A DNA stretch of 64,000 bases from contig NW_003314263.1 of assembly GCF_000143415.4 (NCBI RefSeq), forward strand, positions 471,114 to 535,113, read 5' to 3'. The notes under the pieces are model-generated. The model made no database searches and had not been told where the DNA came from. It worked only from the letters and a program-made list of their open reading frames with translations. The position numbers and the translations under genes were made by a program. The DNA comes from Selaginella moellendorffii (lineage: Eukaryota; Plantae; Lycopodiophyta). Numbering within the stretch: position 1 is the stretch's first letter; each line of letters starts with the position of its first letter. Of this stretch, positions 36,816-49,338 are shown in pieces.

Positions 36816-38662
36816 ATGGCAGACGACGTCGTGGAGTTGTACGTTGAGAAGAGGTTTGCGGGCAGGAGAGCGACTGCGAAATGTCTGGCAACCTTCAAAG
36901 AAGCGGGGATTGAGCGGGTTAGTGATCTCAACATGTTCAATTACGATGAGCTCCAGAAATTGGGAGTGCCACCGCTCTTCATCAAGCTAATGCAGCGCGA
37001 CGGGCTTCTTCAGCCGCTTAGCCCTGGAGCTGCTTCTCAAAGCCATTTTTTGGGTACGTATTTTCTTGTCATTTCTTGGATTTATTTGGGCTGAGATTTG
37101 GCCCAGGTGTTATTGGCCATATGGTTGATGAGAAGCTGGCGGATATTTTCCGCGTAGCTACGCATACAGACTTGACGCTGGGCCTGAAGGATGAACTGTT
37201 AGGTGCAAGCATCATGTCTCGGCCAGATTATGACCATAGTCGAGAGGGATTTATAGTCCAGACGTTCGCCGGGGTGGACGTTTCTGGGAAAGTGGAGGTC
37301 TTCAAGGAGAGTATGCGAGCCAGTTTTGAGGAGGTGAAACACTTGAAAAAGCGGAAGCTCAGTGCGCAGGAGTTGAGCTTCGACGGTGAGAAGAAGCTGC
37401 AGAGAGGGGTTAGTCAGGGCTTCACTCAGCTGCAAGCTCCGGGATCGTGGTTTTTCGACACGAGCCAGGGTGGGGTGCTGTTTTCACAAGATAAGCCAGA
37501 TTGCATTTTCTCCAGCTGCCAGTATGTTGTAAGCTGGCTATGTGCCGTGATGGTGGGAGAGTTGAGCTGGGAGTTGGATGGTGCAGATTCGGGGACAAAA
37601 AGATGTGTTGGAAAAATCGTAGCACGGCTCAGGAAGATCATATCCACCCAGAAAGGGAGGAATGTTGTATTCGGCTTCATTGCGGACCGGCGGGCCATTC
37701 AGTTTGTAGGCTTGGACGTCTCCGGAGGGGAGGAGAGTTTCTGGTGGTCACAAGAGTATGCATTTCACTTGGAGGCCACAGATGACAGCGGATTCAGGCT
37801 TCTGTTGCAGATGATATATGCAGACCAGTCAGTACACGGGTATGTAACTCCTCTGGGAACTCGCGAACTGCGGCTGGATGACGGGAGATGCATCCAGCAC
37901 TTGACTGCTGTTTCATCCAAAGGGGATTCTCACATACTTGTCGGCACGCTCGATGGTGACGGAGCTGTGGTGGTGAAACTCTGCCGAGTTATGGAAGTGG
38001 AAGTACAGGTTTTGTCTGCAGTTCAAGGGGTGCCCGGCATCTTACCCCTGCTGGCACACGGGAAGTGGATTGGTGGGCACACGTACATAGTGACTCCTCT
38101 GTGCAGGACAGTTGATGAGCCTGTTCTTCACAGGCCTTGCAGAGAGTATGTCAAAATGCTTCAACAGGTTGCGGAGACTCTCAAGCTCCTCTGTGACAGG
38201 GGCATATATCATGGTGATGTTTCGGCAAGTAATGTCGTCTACAATGCCACGAGGTATTACTTAATCGACTTTGGCTCCGCTGTGAGCTGTTTCACCCCTG
38301 ATGATGAACGAACCGGGGTTACCAGGCTCTTTGCCGCAGTGCAAGTTTTGGATGGAAACGAGCACTGCCTCTCAAGTGAGATGGAGAGCCTAATGTACGT
38401 CTTGGTTTACTTGGCTATGGGGCGGAGAGTCCCATGGAGGTTTTCGGGAGCCAATATTGTGTCCATGTACAAGAGGGCACTCTTCTCCGATGTGCAAACG
38501 TTTGAGCAAAGGGTTGTGTCACATGTGGATGGCAACCTGCTGCAGGAGCAGCTTCGGAGGCTTCAGAAGCTGTTCTTTGTGCCCACCTACAGACAGGACG
38601 TGAGGTACGAAGAGTTTTGTCAAGAGCTTTTGCTTGACGATGCACAGCTGGTTGCCATCTGA
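36816..38662 (+). CDS. Crinkler-like protein: small helical (SAM-like) header + restriction-endonuclease-like domain + fungal-type (FunK1-like) kinase; exons 36816-37053 and 37107-38662
   Basis: A 53-nt GT-AG intron joins the two ORFs in frame (about 597 aa). KPD..W..GELS and Q..R..VFGF motifs; kinase VVVK, HGDVSASN, LIDFGSA, H....EMESLMYVL. Confidence 0.75.
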
Positions 38663-38883
38663 TATAGTTGCCTTTGTTAGTTGTTGATGTGAGTCGTTGT
38701 TTCCGAATCCCGGTTGGGATACGCACAGTCGTGTCCAATAAAAAGATTCAGGTAAACCATACTAGTCGTTCCTTCATTCTCTGCGTCCCGTTGGGAAGTA
38801 TATCCAGATATCATCGAATAAAGGTTGCTTTGCCTAGTGTGTCAAAGAAGAGCTGAGCGTCGAAAATTCCAAATGTTTTGGCT

Positions 38884-39486
38884 AGCATCCAATACGTTGG
38901 CATGTTCAACTCCTTGTACAGACATATCCCTTGTTCGCAAGAGTGCAAATACACGTTGCTCTACCCTGTGGTGGTGCTGAGGACAAGTTAACGGTTGCCG
39001 AACTAGAACAAGAAAGAGGCAATTACTTTTCTAGGAGTGAAAACATTCGTTTCAAAGCGGCCGAGGGTCATTTTTGTAGGAAGAGTTCCGTTTCTAGTTT
39101 TTGGAGATCTTGATATTCAAACGCAGGGTCCCGCAAAGCGTCAGCTTTTGCCTATGTGCTTCGAGCCTGCTCTCTCGTCCACCTGCAGGAAAGCTCTTGT
39201 TACAGCAATGTTACGGTACAATCCGTAAGGAAAGCGAGCTCCTTGTCAAGCCAGTTGACAAATGCAAGGATATCGTCAGTGAACCTCGGAAGCCAGTGAG
39301 TTGACAAAGTCGCCTTGTGTCTCGACATCAGCTTTTATCTACGAATCTACACAGTTCTTAGATCATACAAAACATTTCAAACAGAAAGCAGACAAAGCTA
39401 CCTAGAAGATGTGATGACCGGTTCTTGATTTCACTGAGGTTGCTTCGAGCTTCTGATGATGCGCAGCTTGCGTGTCGCTTCATCAA
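38884..39486 (-). pseudogene. Deleted genomic copy of part of CHUP1 (44349-45041)
   Basis: Colinear high-identity match including introns, with several 3-25 bp deletions and frameshifts. Confidence 0.92.
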
Positions 39487-39881
39487 CTTTTTGAACTAAA
39501 GCCTTAAGGCTTGTGTCTATGCAAATGCAAACAAAACTCTGGGGTGATTTTGTTAAGTTCCTGGTGAGCGAATTGATTTCTCTCAAAATGCTGGCAGTGG
39601 ATCTTGCCAAGCAGCCCTGGAATATGCCCTGCGGGAAATACAAAATATAATGTCTCGATGATCATTTCCAATATGCTGGTCTTCTCATCTGAACAAAAAT
39701 AATGGTATAGACAATATTGAAAAATGAGACGAAGAAATAGTTTATTAAGGCTATTAAATGTTTACTCCATGATATTGATGCTAATTGTGACAATATTGCA
39801 AATTTCTCTGACACTCGATCTTGATATTATGTGCAAGTGGGCACGACATATTTGGAGCTCAATCTCCAACAGATTAGACGA

Positions 39882-40061
39882 CACTGGATTTCAATCAGTA
39901 TAATTAGTTTGTGTATGGGGACGGAAGCAGCTGTACAGATACGAAAGCGTGTCCTATGAGCGAGACGTGTTTGTGGTACAAGTGGGAGAAGTGGCACAAT
40001 CACATGTTTTAGAGATTTAAAACCACAGAAAGATTGTTTCTATTTTAATTAAACATTTGTC
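39882..40061. repeat. Degenerate copy of the CHUP1 3' flank (43644-43910)
   Basis: Shared blocks CACTGGA, TATAATTAGTTT, TGTCCTATGAG, TTTGTGGTACAA, AAAACCACAGAAAGATTGT, CATTTGTC in the same order. Confidence 0.8.
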
Positions 40062-40227
40062 TCTTGTAAGATCGAGTTCCAACGAGCAAAATGCATCGAT
40101 CCTGCAAAAACAAGTTAAGTTCCAGCTCTTCTACTTAACTGGGCTTACCATTCTAAAGCACTACGAGGATTCGCACTGGTAGCAGTTTGGAAAGAGGCCC
40201 AAACATTAGATGTCGGAGCGTGGACCA

Positions 40228-43200
40228 TCATCCTCTAAACGAGCTCTTCAAAGCGACGATCCGGTTGAAAACAGTCTTGCACGAGCTGGAATCACGGTCC
40301 ACAACAAAGTAGCCTAGAACAGAGCTTGCCATTGGTCCCCAAACAAGGAAGAAAAATTAGTGTGATACCTTTGCGCTCGAACTGGAAGCAATCCCCGCAC
40401 TTCACATCCTTCAAGCAGTGGAGAGCAACCGCATCATTGATCACCTCCTTGGACTGGGGATTAAAATCCTCGAGCCAGTTGCTGTGGAGCCTGGGATCCT
40501 GCAGTTACACACACACACGAAGGTATGAAAAAGAAAAGGTTTTTCTCACTGCTTTACCTCTGATTTGAACAGCTTGCCGAAAAGCCTCACTTCGACCGTC
40601 AGCTGCTTTGTTCCCGGCGCAGCTTCGGGAACCCAGTGGATAACCCCCTGGAACAAAAGAATCGAACAACTTCAGTACCGGGAGGAAAGAAAATATGATC
40701 AATGAGCTCGAAGATGAGCTCGAAGACTACCTTGGGTTTGATGGCCTTGAGGGGATCGTAAGTAGCCAAAAGCTCCACAACCTCGCCATCCACGCAGACG
40801 TAATCCACGCAAGTTATCGGGAACGCATACCGCAACAGCACCGACTTTCCTTTGGACAGACCATAGTAGTCCTTTGAGTCGTGCTCTCGAAAGTCCGTTC
40901 TCTCGATGTATATGGTCTTGGTGAAGGGTATCTGCCAGCGGAAAAGATGATTTCTTCTTTCTTCTGTGCAAATCTCTATTTTACAAACCTTGTACGTGGG
41001 AGAGTTTGCGTCCGGGAAGCGCTTCGCCTCCACAACCTGGTCTTGTTCGTGACCTTCAAAGTTGATGATCGTCACCTGCATGCGTGGGGAGTGAATGAAA
41101 AATACAGAAATAGTGAAGCGACGAACCTTCAGCGGCTGGAAGACCACCATCGTCCTCGGTGCTGTCTTGTTTAGCTCCTCCCGCACGAAATGGTCTACCA
41201 GGTCCGTGCTTATGAGATTGTCACTGTAAAGCCCAGATCAGAGACTGTTTAAACTTCCACAAAAAAGGAAAGAAAAGAAAAACCTGCGTGTTCTGCCTAG
41301 AGCACGACAGAAGTTGTTGATTGCGTTCGGCGGAACGCCCCTTCGACGCAGCCCGGCCAGAGTCAAGAGGCGAGGATCATCCCAACCATCAACCATTTGC
41401 TTGTCTACCAGATACTTGAGCTGCCAAAACAAACAGTGTCACACCGCTGTGAATGCTCGAACGGGAAGCTCACCTTGCGCTTGGATAGCAGATTGTTGGA
41501 CACGTTTAAGCGGCCATACTCCCAGACATACGGGAGATACATGTCAAGCTTGTCCAACAACCAATAGTAAGAGACGCGCCTGGTCTCAAACTCCAGCGTA
41601 CAAAGCTGCGACAAGCGAGAACAATGAGGCGGAGGACGGGAAAAACGAATCAGTGTCCATACCGAGTGCGTAATGTTCTCCAGAGAATCGACGATGCAGT
41701 GAGAGTAGTCGTAAGTGGGGTATATACACCACTTGTCTTTCGTTCGAGGATGCGAGGCAAACTAGAGAGAGGCATTCCAGCGTCAGGGAGGAAACTTGGA
41801 GAAAGAGAGAGAGAGAGAGAGAGATTTACCTTGATCCTGTAAGCAACGAGATCGAGCATGTTGCCATTGTTGCTTTTCATATCTTGTTTCATGCGCAAGG
41901 TGGCCTGGCCTTCTGGGACGGCACCAGCGCGCATCTGCTCAAACAGCTCCAGGGACTCGTCTATGGGACGGTTCCTCCAGGGGCTCTCTAGTAGCTTCTC
42001 CCGGTACTCTTTTACTTCTGCCGGCGTCTGCAAGGAAACCACCGGGGAGTTGAGATTTTCGAAAAGGTGACGAAGATCACACACCTGATGGTCCACATAA
42101 GCATAACCTCGCTTTATAAGTTCGACAGCCTTCTCGTAGAGCTCTTCGAAGTAATCGCTACAGTAAGTCACCTTTTGAAGCAAATCCACAGTGAGGTAAC
42201 AGTACAGAAAGAAGAAAGGCTGGCAAGAAAGAGGCTGTACCTTGAATGGCTTCCACCCGAGCCACTGAACCATATCCTGGATGTTGGCGGTGAACTCGTC
42301 ACTCTCGCCTTCTGGATTCGTATCATCCAGCCTGCCACAGCCAAACAGCAAAAGGCGTTAGCTCTACATGCATGGATAAAGCTTTTCAACCATCCTCACC
42401 GCAGGTAGCATTTCCCGTTGGCCTCGCACGCAAAGCCAAAGTTCATACCCATGGCCTTGCCATGTCCTAAATGGCTATATCCATTGGGCTCGGGTGGAAA
42501 ACGCGTGACCACCGCCCCTCCGGTGGCGCTGAGATGTTTCTCCAGCTTTTCCCTCGAGTTGGACGGGCGGAAGACCGTTCCATCGCTCAGCTCGACGTCG
42601 ACGTGAGGCCCCGTGTTGTCCAGGGGGCTCGGAAATGAGGAGAACGGATCCAGGTCCTCCTCTGGAAGCTGCTCGGGAACACGAGCTTTGTTGGTCTTTC
42701 TAGATTTGTGTGCGTCCCCGGTTTTCTCACCCAGCAGCTCGTAGAGCTGCCCATCCAGTGCCGCTTTCACGTCTCTGTGATCAGCGTGCGGCTGGAGCTC
42801 CCTCACCTGCGCCACCAAAGCTGACACTGGAAGTTGGTCAGAGAAACCAACTTAAGTTAAGCAGAAAGCTCACGTTTAAAGGCAGCATAGCGCTCAGCCA
42901 GAAGCTTTTCCTTGTTTCTGTTGATCACAGTATCAACTGCAGCCTTTACGTCCTCGAGAGGCACTGCAACATTTCGCATGAGCAGAAGGAAAAACAAAAA
43001 AGATAAACAAAACAATCGACTTACCTATTCCGCAAGCCCTCTCGAACTTTGCGAGATCAACAGACTCGCGCCTCGCGGCAGTGATGTACTCAAGAGCTGC
43101 TTCTAGCTGGTGGCTCCGCATCTACCAAACGGACAAACATGAGCTTCTGTTTTCATCAGAAAGCGGAGCACAAAGGTTTCCCACCTTTCCAGACGCGATG

Positions 43201-43530
43201 TAGCGCAAGACGGTAGACAGGTGCTGCGGGCGATGGCCATTCATGTATCTTGCGGCAACCTGGAAAGTCCAACATCTTACAGAGCAAAGAAATGGGGGGG
43301 CAAAAACTGCACCGTATACAGAAGCTTGCCGATGTGCTTGTCGCAGCCGTTGTCCACTCCGGCCTGCAGAAAGAGAGGTTGGAGAAGACACAAGAAGAGC
43401 AAATTTGAGAAGATGGGCTCACCTCTTGGATGATGGCAATGAGATCGGACAGAAGTTTGGGGTTCTCAAGAGCGCTCCTCGCTGTCGTCTCCTCCAAACC
43501 GATGCAAGTCAGGAGCTTAAGGGCCGACAT
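40228..43530 (-). CDS. Glutaminyl-tRNA synthetase, many exons
   Basis: Eukaryotic N-terminal extension; [44 protein letters not shown]|LCTLEF, LSKRK, GWDDPRL, FQFERK|GYFVVD. Confidence 0.93.
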
Positions 43531-43967
43531 GTTTTCTAAAACCCTTACTTACAGTTTTGCCGATTTATAGAAACCCATTATTTATTAAAGTCTATTATTG
43601 CCTGAAGAAATTCACAGCTCTACCAAAGCTAGTGTACGCTGGGCACTGGAAGGCAATGGAATTCAAGCAATATAATTAGTTTTATGTATGAGAGGGAATA
43701 TATATGTATTGGTTTTTATATATATATTTGGCTTACATATGCTTGTCCTATGAGTTTTGTGGTACAATTGAGAGAATTAGAACGAGTTAGCAGAATCACC
43801 AGAATTGTGAAGATTCTTTCATGTTTTTTTTACCGTTTTCTAGATTTCCTTGACTATCAAAACCACAGAAAGATTGTCTCCATATTATTAGTTTTAATTA
43901 TACATTTGTCCAGGCCCACTGTTAGATGACACTATAGATACAAGCAAAACTGCAGGTTAGGATACTT

Positions 43968-46900
43968 TCATGACCTTTTGAGCTGCTCACTTTGAGCACG
44001 ATTTCGCAGCTCTTCGAACGTTCGCATACTCTCTGGATCAAAGCCACCAGCAAACTGAAGAGAACAAGGTCAGGATTAGTGGCGAATGGATCGAAAGTTA
44101 GCAAAAGCTTGGCTAGCGATTCTACCTGGTGAACTCTAAAGGCGAACCGGACTCCTTGGAGGAGCAAGAACTCTCGTAGTGGCTCCTTATCTTGGACAGA
44201 GTCCAGCTCCTTTATAACTCTGTTCATGTATTGCTGCGCTAGCTTGACAGATGCGAGCTTGATCTGGAAAGACAAAAAGCAAAACTCTTGGTTTTAGACA
44301 AAGATGTGCGTGCTGTCAACATTTACCTTTCCAATAAGTCCCGAGTCGAGCATCCAGTACGTTGGTATGTTGAACTCCTTGTAGCGTGCTATAGCCATGT
44401 CCCTTGTTCGCAAGAGTGCGAATACACTTTGCTCTACCCTGTGGTGGTGGCAAGGACAAGAAGTTAAAAGGTCAGGGACGAGAAGGAAGAAGCACTTACT
44501 TTTCTAGGAGTGAAAACATTCGTTTCAAAGCGGCGTCCCTGGGTACGCGGGGGTCATCTTTGTAGGAAGAGATGTCCGCTTCTAGTTTTTGGAGGTCTTG
44601 ATATTCAAACGCAGCTTCCCGCAAAGCGTCAGCTTTTGCCTCCGGCCAATCGAAGTGCTTCAAGACCGCTCTCTCGTCCACCTGCAAGAAAAGCTCTTGT
44701 TATAGCCTGTTACAACCCGGTTACAGTACTATCCATACCAGGAATGCGAGCTCCTCGTCAAGCCAGTTGACAAATGCAAGGATATCGTCAATGTTCGAGT
44801 AGACTGCAGCACGAACCTCAGCAGCCAGTGAGTTGACAAAGTCGCCTTGCGTCTCAACATCAGCTTTTATCTGCGAATCCACACAAAAGTCAGATAAAAA
44901 ATAACGCAAGACAAAGCTACATACCGCTAGAAGATGTGATGACCGGTTCTCGATTTCACCGATCAGGTTGCTTCGAGCTTCTGATGATGCGTTTCCGGAG
45001 CTAGAAACTGCCGCATCTTTCCTTGCGTCTCGCTTCATCAAGGACTGATAAAACTCCACCACCTCGGGAGCTCTTTGAACCTTGCTTCCACTTTGGCCCT
45101 GTGGCTTACCCATGCCAGGCAAGGGAGGCGGCGGAGGTGGCGCTCCTGGAGCACCCGGTGGCAAGGGTGGAGCACCTGGAATACCTGGAGGAGGCGGAGG
45201 TGGCGGTGGTGCAGTTCCTGCGAGCCTGGGAGGGAGAACAGTCTGCGTTGGTGGCCCAGCCAAGGAAGGCTTTGGAGGTGGCTTAGCAACCCGAAGTTCT
45301 CGTTTCTCAACTTCCGCAGGCGTCATTTTCGCGACAGCCTCTGGCTTCTTGCTTGCTGCTATCTCTTCCACTTTCTCTTTGATAGCCATCTCCCGCTCCA
45401 CAGCCAGCTTGTGCCTGTCCTTGAAAGCGGGGTACTTGTCGGCAACGTCACTGCCTACAACGGACCGTGACATAAGCTGGAATGAAGCAGCGATACTGTT
45501 TAGGCCGTCCGACTTGGTCTTTACTGGCGTCAACTTTGCTGGCTCTTGCTTTCCCTTCGCAGACGATTCGTTTGGAGAAGCACCATCCGTGTCCACAGAA
45601 CCGTAAGTTGTGATCCCAGAGTCCTTGCTGTTCCTTAGCAATATCGTTTCTAGAGGTCCCATAGGACTAGCCGGTGTGGCGGGCCTATGCCCCGGGCTCT
45701 TGTTCTTCTCGCCTTTCGGTTTATCGCCAACTTGAGAATCATCCTTGCTACGACCCCACTTCTTGAGTCGTTTGATCAAGCCAGGTTTCTTGGAGCTGGA
45801 TTCCTCACTACCGTAGTCGTCCATGTCAATGCTGTCGGAGGACGTACGCGAGAAAGGACTGTCATAGCCACTGTCCGGTAGAGTTTCCTTGGATCTCATT
45901 GCCAGTAAGTCGGGACCAGCATACTCCAGCATAAGTTGCTTCGCCTTCTCTTGAGATCTCGGGCTCAGACTCTTGTTGAGATCCAAAGCTGTAAATTTCC
46001 CATCGGCTGCCTTGAAATTACGTAGCTCGTAGCGTAAGCACGCATTGACCCACCGTAAATAAACAAGCTCTTCAACTTCGCTAAACCGATTATTTTGAAG
46101 CCCTTCAACTTGCCGCATCAAGTCATCGTTTGCGTGTCTTAGAATTTGAGATTCGTTGTTTGCCCGGGCCACCAGCTCAGTCTGTAAAAACCAAAAGAGT
46201 GTAGGAAAGAAGCAAGTTCTAAAGAAAAACCGAAAGAAGGAAGGCTGTTTACCTCTGTTACGCTCGATAATGAAGTCACTTGAGCTTCGGCTGCTGAAAG
46301 CTTCACTGTCAGGTCTCGTTTTTGGTGTTGAAGCTCTCTACAAGTCCGGCGAAGTTCGACCACCTCAATCTCAAGCTCCTTCAACGTTTGCATTTTCTTC
46401 TCGATCTCAAAATTCTTTTTCATCGAGCTCTGCTCCTTAGCTTTAAGTGTTTCGAGCTGCTGTTTTAACATAGTGATTTGCGCCGCGTTCTGTGCCGCAT
46501 TTGTTCCCGTTCCACTGGAAAGTTTCTTCTGCAAATCCTTGATCTTCATCCTTGCTTCACTGAGCTCGCCTCTGGATTTACTAGCGGCTTTGATGTCGTC
46601 GGCCATCTTCTTTTTTTCATCCTCCAACTTCCGGATTGATGCCGTGAGGCTAGTAATCTGTTCATCCTTTACCAGGAGCTGAGCTTCCAGCTCCTTGACG
46701 CCTTTTTCCCGTTCCTTGAGACCATAGTAATCCAAAAGCTCTGCGTTGAGCTTCCTCTCTTTTTCCTGGAGCTGCTGGAGCCTGGCTTTCAAATCCCCGA
46801 TCTCATCCACGGGTTTAATTCCACCTTTCCCATCATCTGGCTCTGGAAAAATGTCCAATCCATTCGATATAAGGTCTTCGATCTCTGGAAGAAGCAGCTC

Positions 46901-47246
46901 GTTTCTCTCGTTTTTGCGAACTACCACGTTAACTTGCTTCACTTCTTCCTCCTATTCAATGACAAAGAAAAAGAAGATTGGGAGCGTTGTTACGCAACAT
47001 CGCATACCTCTTCACTCGGCGCTGGATTGTCCCCATAGGCAACGATCTCCTTGTCATTGCGCTGCTTCTTCTTGGCGATCCTCGCTTGAAATTCTGGACA
47101 AAAACTCCACACAGAGCATCGACAATCCGCTGGCAATGCATCCAAGAAAACCTACCGGCGGCATCTCTCTCGCGCTTGCTCTTGATGTGATTTAGCGCCA
47201 ATGCCGCGACCGAGCAAGTGACCGCGAGCCCTACCCTCACCAACAT
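43968..47246 (-). CDS. CHUP1: Chloroplast unusual positioning 1, multi-exon
   Basis: Hydrophobic N-anchor MLVRVGLAV, coiled coil LLDYYGLKE, EELVYLRWVNACLRYELRN, poly-Pro tract, RAPEVVEFYQSLMKR, FDWPEAKADALREAA, GVRFAFRVHQ. Confidence 0.96.
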
Positions 47247-47842
47247 CGATCGAGGACGCCGAGGAGGAGCTCAAGCGCGCCGCGGGAAGCTCCACCATAG
47301 CCACATTCCACGCAAGACAAATAAAATTAAAAACCCTACCAGATCAACGGTGTAGACGGGCGAGCGCAATCTCGACAGTTCCAAGCTAAGGGCGGAGATT
47401 AACGTGCGCCCCGCGAGATAGATTTGGGCCGTCAATCACTCCCGGCATTTTTGAAACGGACATTCTTTTCCCAAGGATAAACAAAAGCGCGGTAAAATAG
47501 TTATTCCCCGCATATTCTAGAAAACGGGGACCATCCATTTGGACCACTGAGAAACGAGTGGGCGACATTTAATTTGTTCACGATCAGGTCCATGGCTCGA
47601 GTCCTTTCTCGTGAAACTGCTTAGAAGACGAACACGTCCCCGGCTCGATTCCTCTTTATAAAAAAGAATGGCGCTTCGCTATTGGCCCACGTGTCGAGCA
47701 GACAATTAGAAAGGTGGAATTCTCTCTTTCTCTTTCTTGAGCTATATAAACTTTTGGTTTCTAGAGGAGTTCTTCGAGTTTTCTCGAGTTCTCTTGTTCT
47801 TCTTTTTGCCACTGCTTGGTGGAAATTTTTTTTCTTGGTACC

Positions 47843-49191
47843 ATGGGTTCGTCGGCTGGATTGGAGGGTCCATTCCATTTCAAGCTCAGCAATGGAGCTT
47901 CGATCCCGGCGGTGGGTCTTGGAACTTGGCAAGCGGAGCCCGGTTTGGTTGGAAAGGCTGTGAAGACTGCCCTGGAAGTAAGATCCAAATTTTTTATTTG
48001 TTTCGCTGGATCCGGGACTGAATGTGGTTATTTGATCAGGTTGGCTATCGTCATATTGATTGTGCTAGCGTCTATGGAAACCAGAAAGAGGTAAGTAGTA
48101 GCTTTTGAGCTTTTGAGTTCTTTCTTTCAAGCTCTAAACGATTCGTGCGTTCTTGCTTAGATCGGCGAGGCCTTGAGCGAAGTTTTCAAATCCGGGATTG
48201 TCAAGCGCGAGGATGTGTGGATTACTTCTAAACTCTGGTAACAAAGAAGATCTCGTGACTCCTTTTTCACCTCTTGTGCTGGAATTAAACCAGGAACACC
48301 GACCATGATCCGGAGGACGTGCCAAAAGCGCTGGAGGCAACTCTCAAAGATCTCCAGCTCGACTACTTGGATCTCTATCTCGTAAGATCAAAAGAACTTT
48401 TGTGCCTGTCAACTTTAGAACTCTAGGATGATTGTAAACTTTTTGCTGACGATTCTTCTCTTGTCTAGATCCACTGGCCTATTCGATTCAAGAACAGCGT
48501 CCAAGGAATGAACACAAGCCCCGAGAGCTTCATCGCTCCAGACATCCCGGGGACCTGGCGAGCGATGGAGAAGCTCGTCGATTCCGGCAAAGTCCGAGCG
48601 ATCGGCGTGAGCAACTTTTCCAGCAAGAAGCTCGAAGATCTGCTCAACACCGCGAGGATTCCACCCGCAGTGGACCAGGTGGAATGCAATCCACTGTGGC
48701 AGCAAAACAAGCTACGCCAGTTTTGCAAGTCCAAAGGAGTCCATCTCTCGGTAAGAAAGAGCTACGGTAATATCAAAGAAGAAAATCTCAAGAACATTGT
48801 TTACCGCAGGGATACTCGCCTCTTGGATCGACAGGAACGAGTGTGCTCAGCGACCCGGTTGTCAAGGAGATCGCCGAGAAGCTTGGAAAGTCCCCTGCAC
48901 AGGTTGCTCTGAGATGGGGGATCCAATCTGGAAACTCTGTTCTTCCCAAGAGCACCAATGCCGACCGTCTCAAGTCCAACCTGGAGGTCTTCGATTTCAC
49001 CATTGCAGAGGAGGACCTCCAAAAGTTCTCCAAGATCTCCCAGGTACTAAGTTCTTGGATCGTTGTTGGCAGAAGATCATAACTCTCGTGTCTGCTTTGT
49101 GTAGAAACGGGGCATGCCTGGGAATGAATGGGTGAACGACTCCACCAGTCCATACAAGAGCGTCAAAGAGCTCTGGGACGGAGAAATATAA
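47843..49191 (+). CDS. Aldo-keto reductase (AKR4C-like), multi-exon
   Basis: [33 protein letters not shown]|[29 protein letters not shown]. Confidence 0.95.
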
Positions 49192-49338
49192 ACCGCTGCA
49201 AGCTTTGCCACGCTGATTTCTTCTGCTTGAATCTGTCACAACTTCCAAGTGAAGAACTTCTGATGAATAAGAAAGTTTGAAGTCCTGCCAATTCCAAGTC
49301 GATATTCTCCCAGCTATGTCGGTACGATTGCGAGTACT

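Noticed and set aside
38866-38885. Helitron-like 3' end (small hairpin + CTAG) before the CHUP1 fragment
   Set aside because: The hairpin is short, AT-rich and directly adjacent to CTAG, and no following T or matching 5' end was found.
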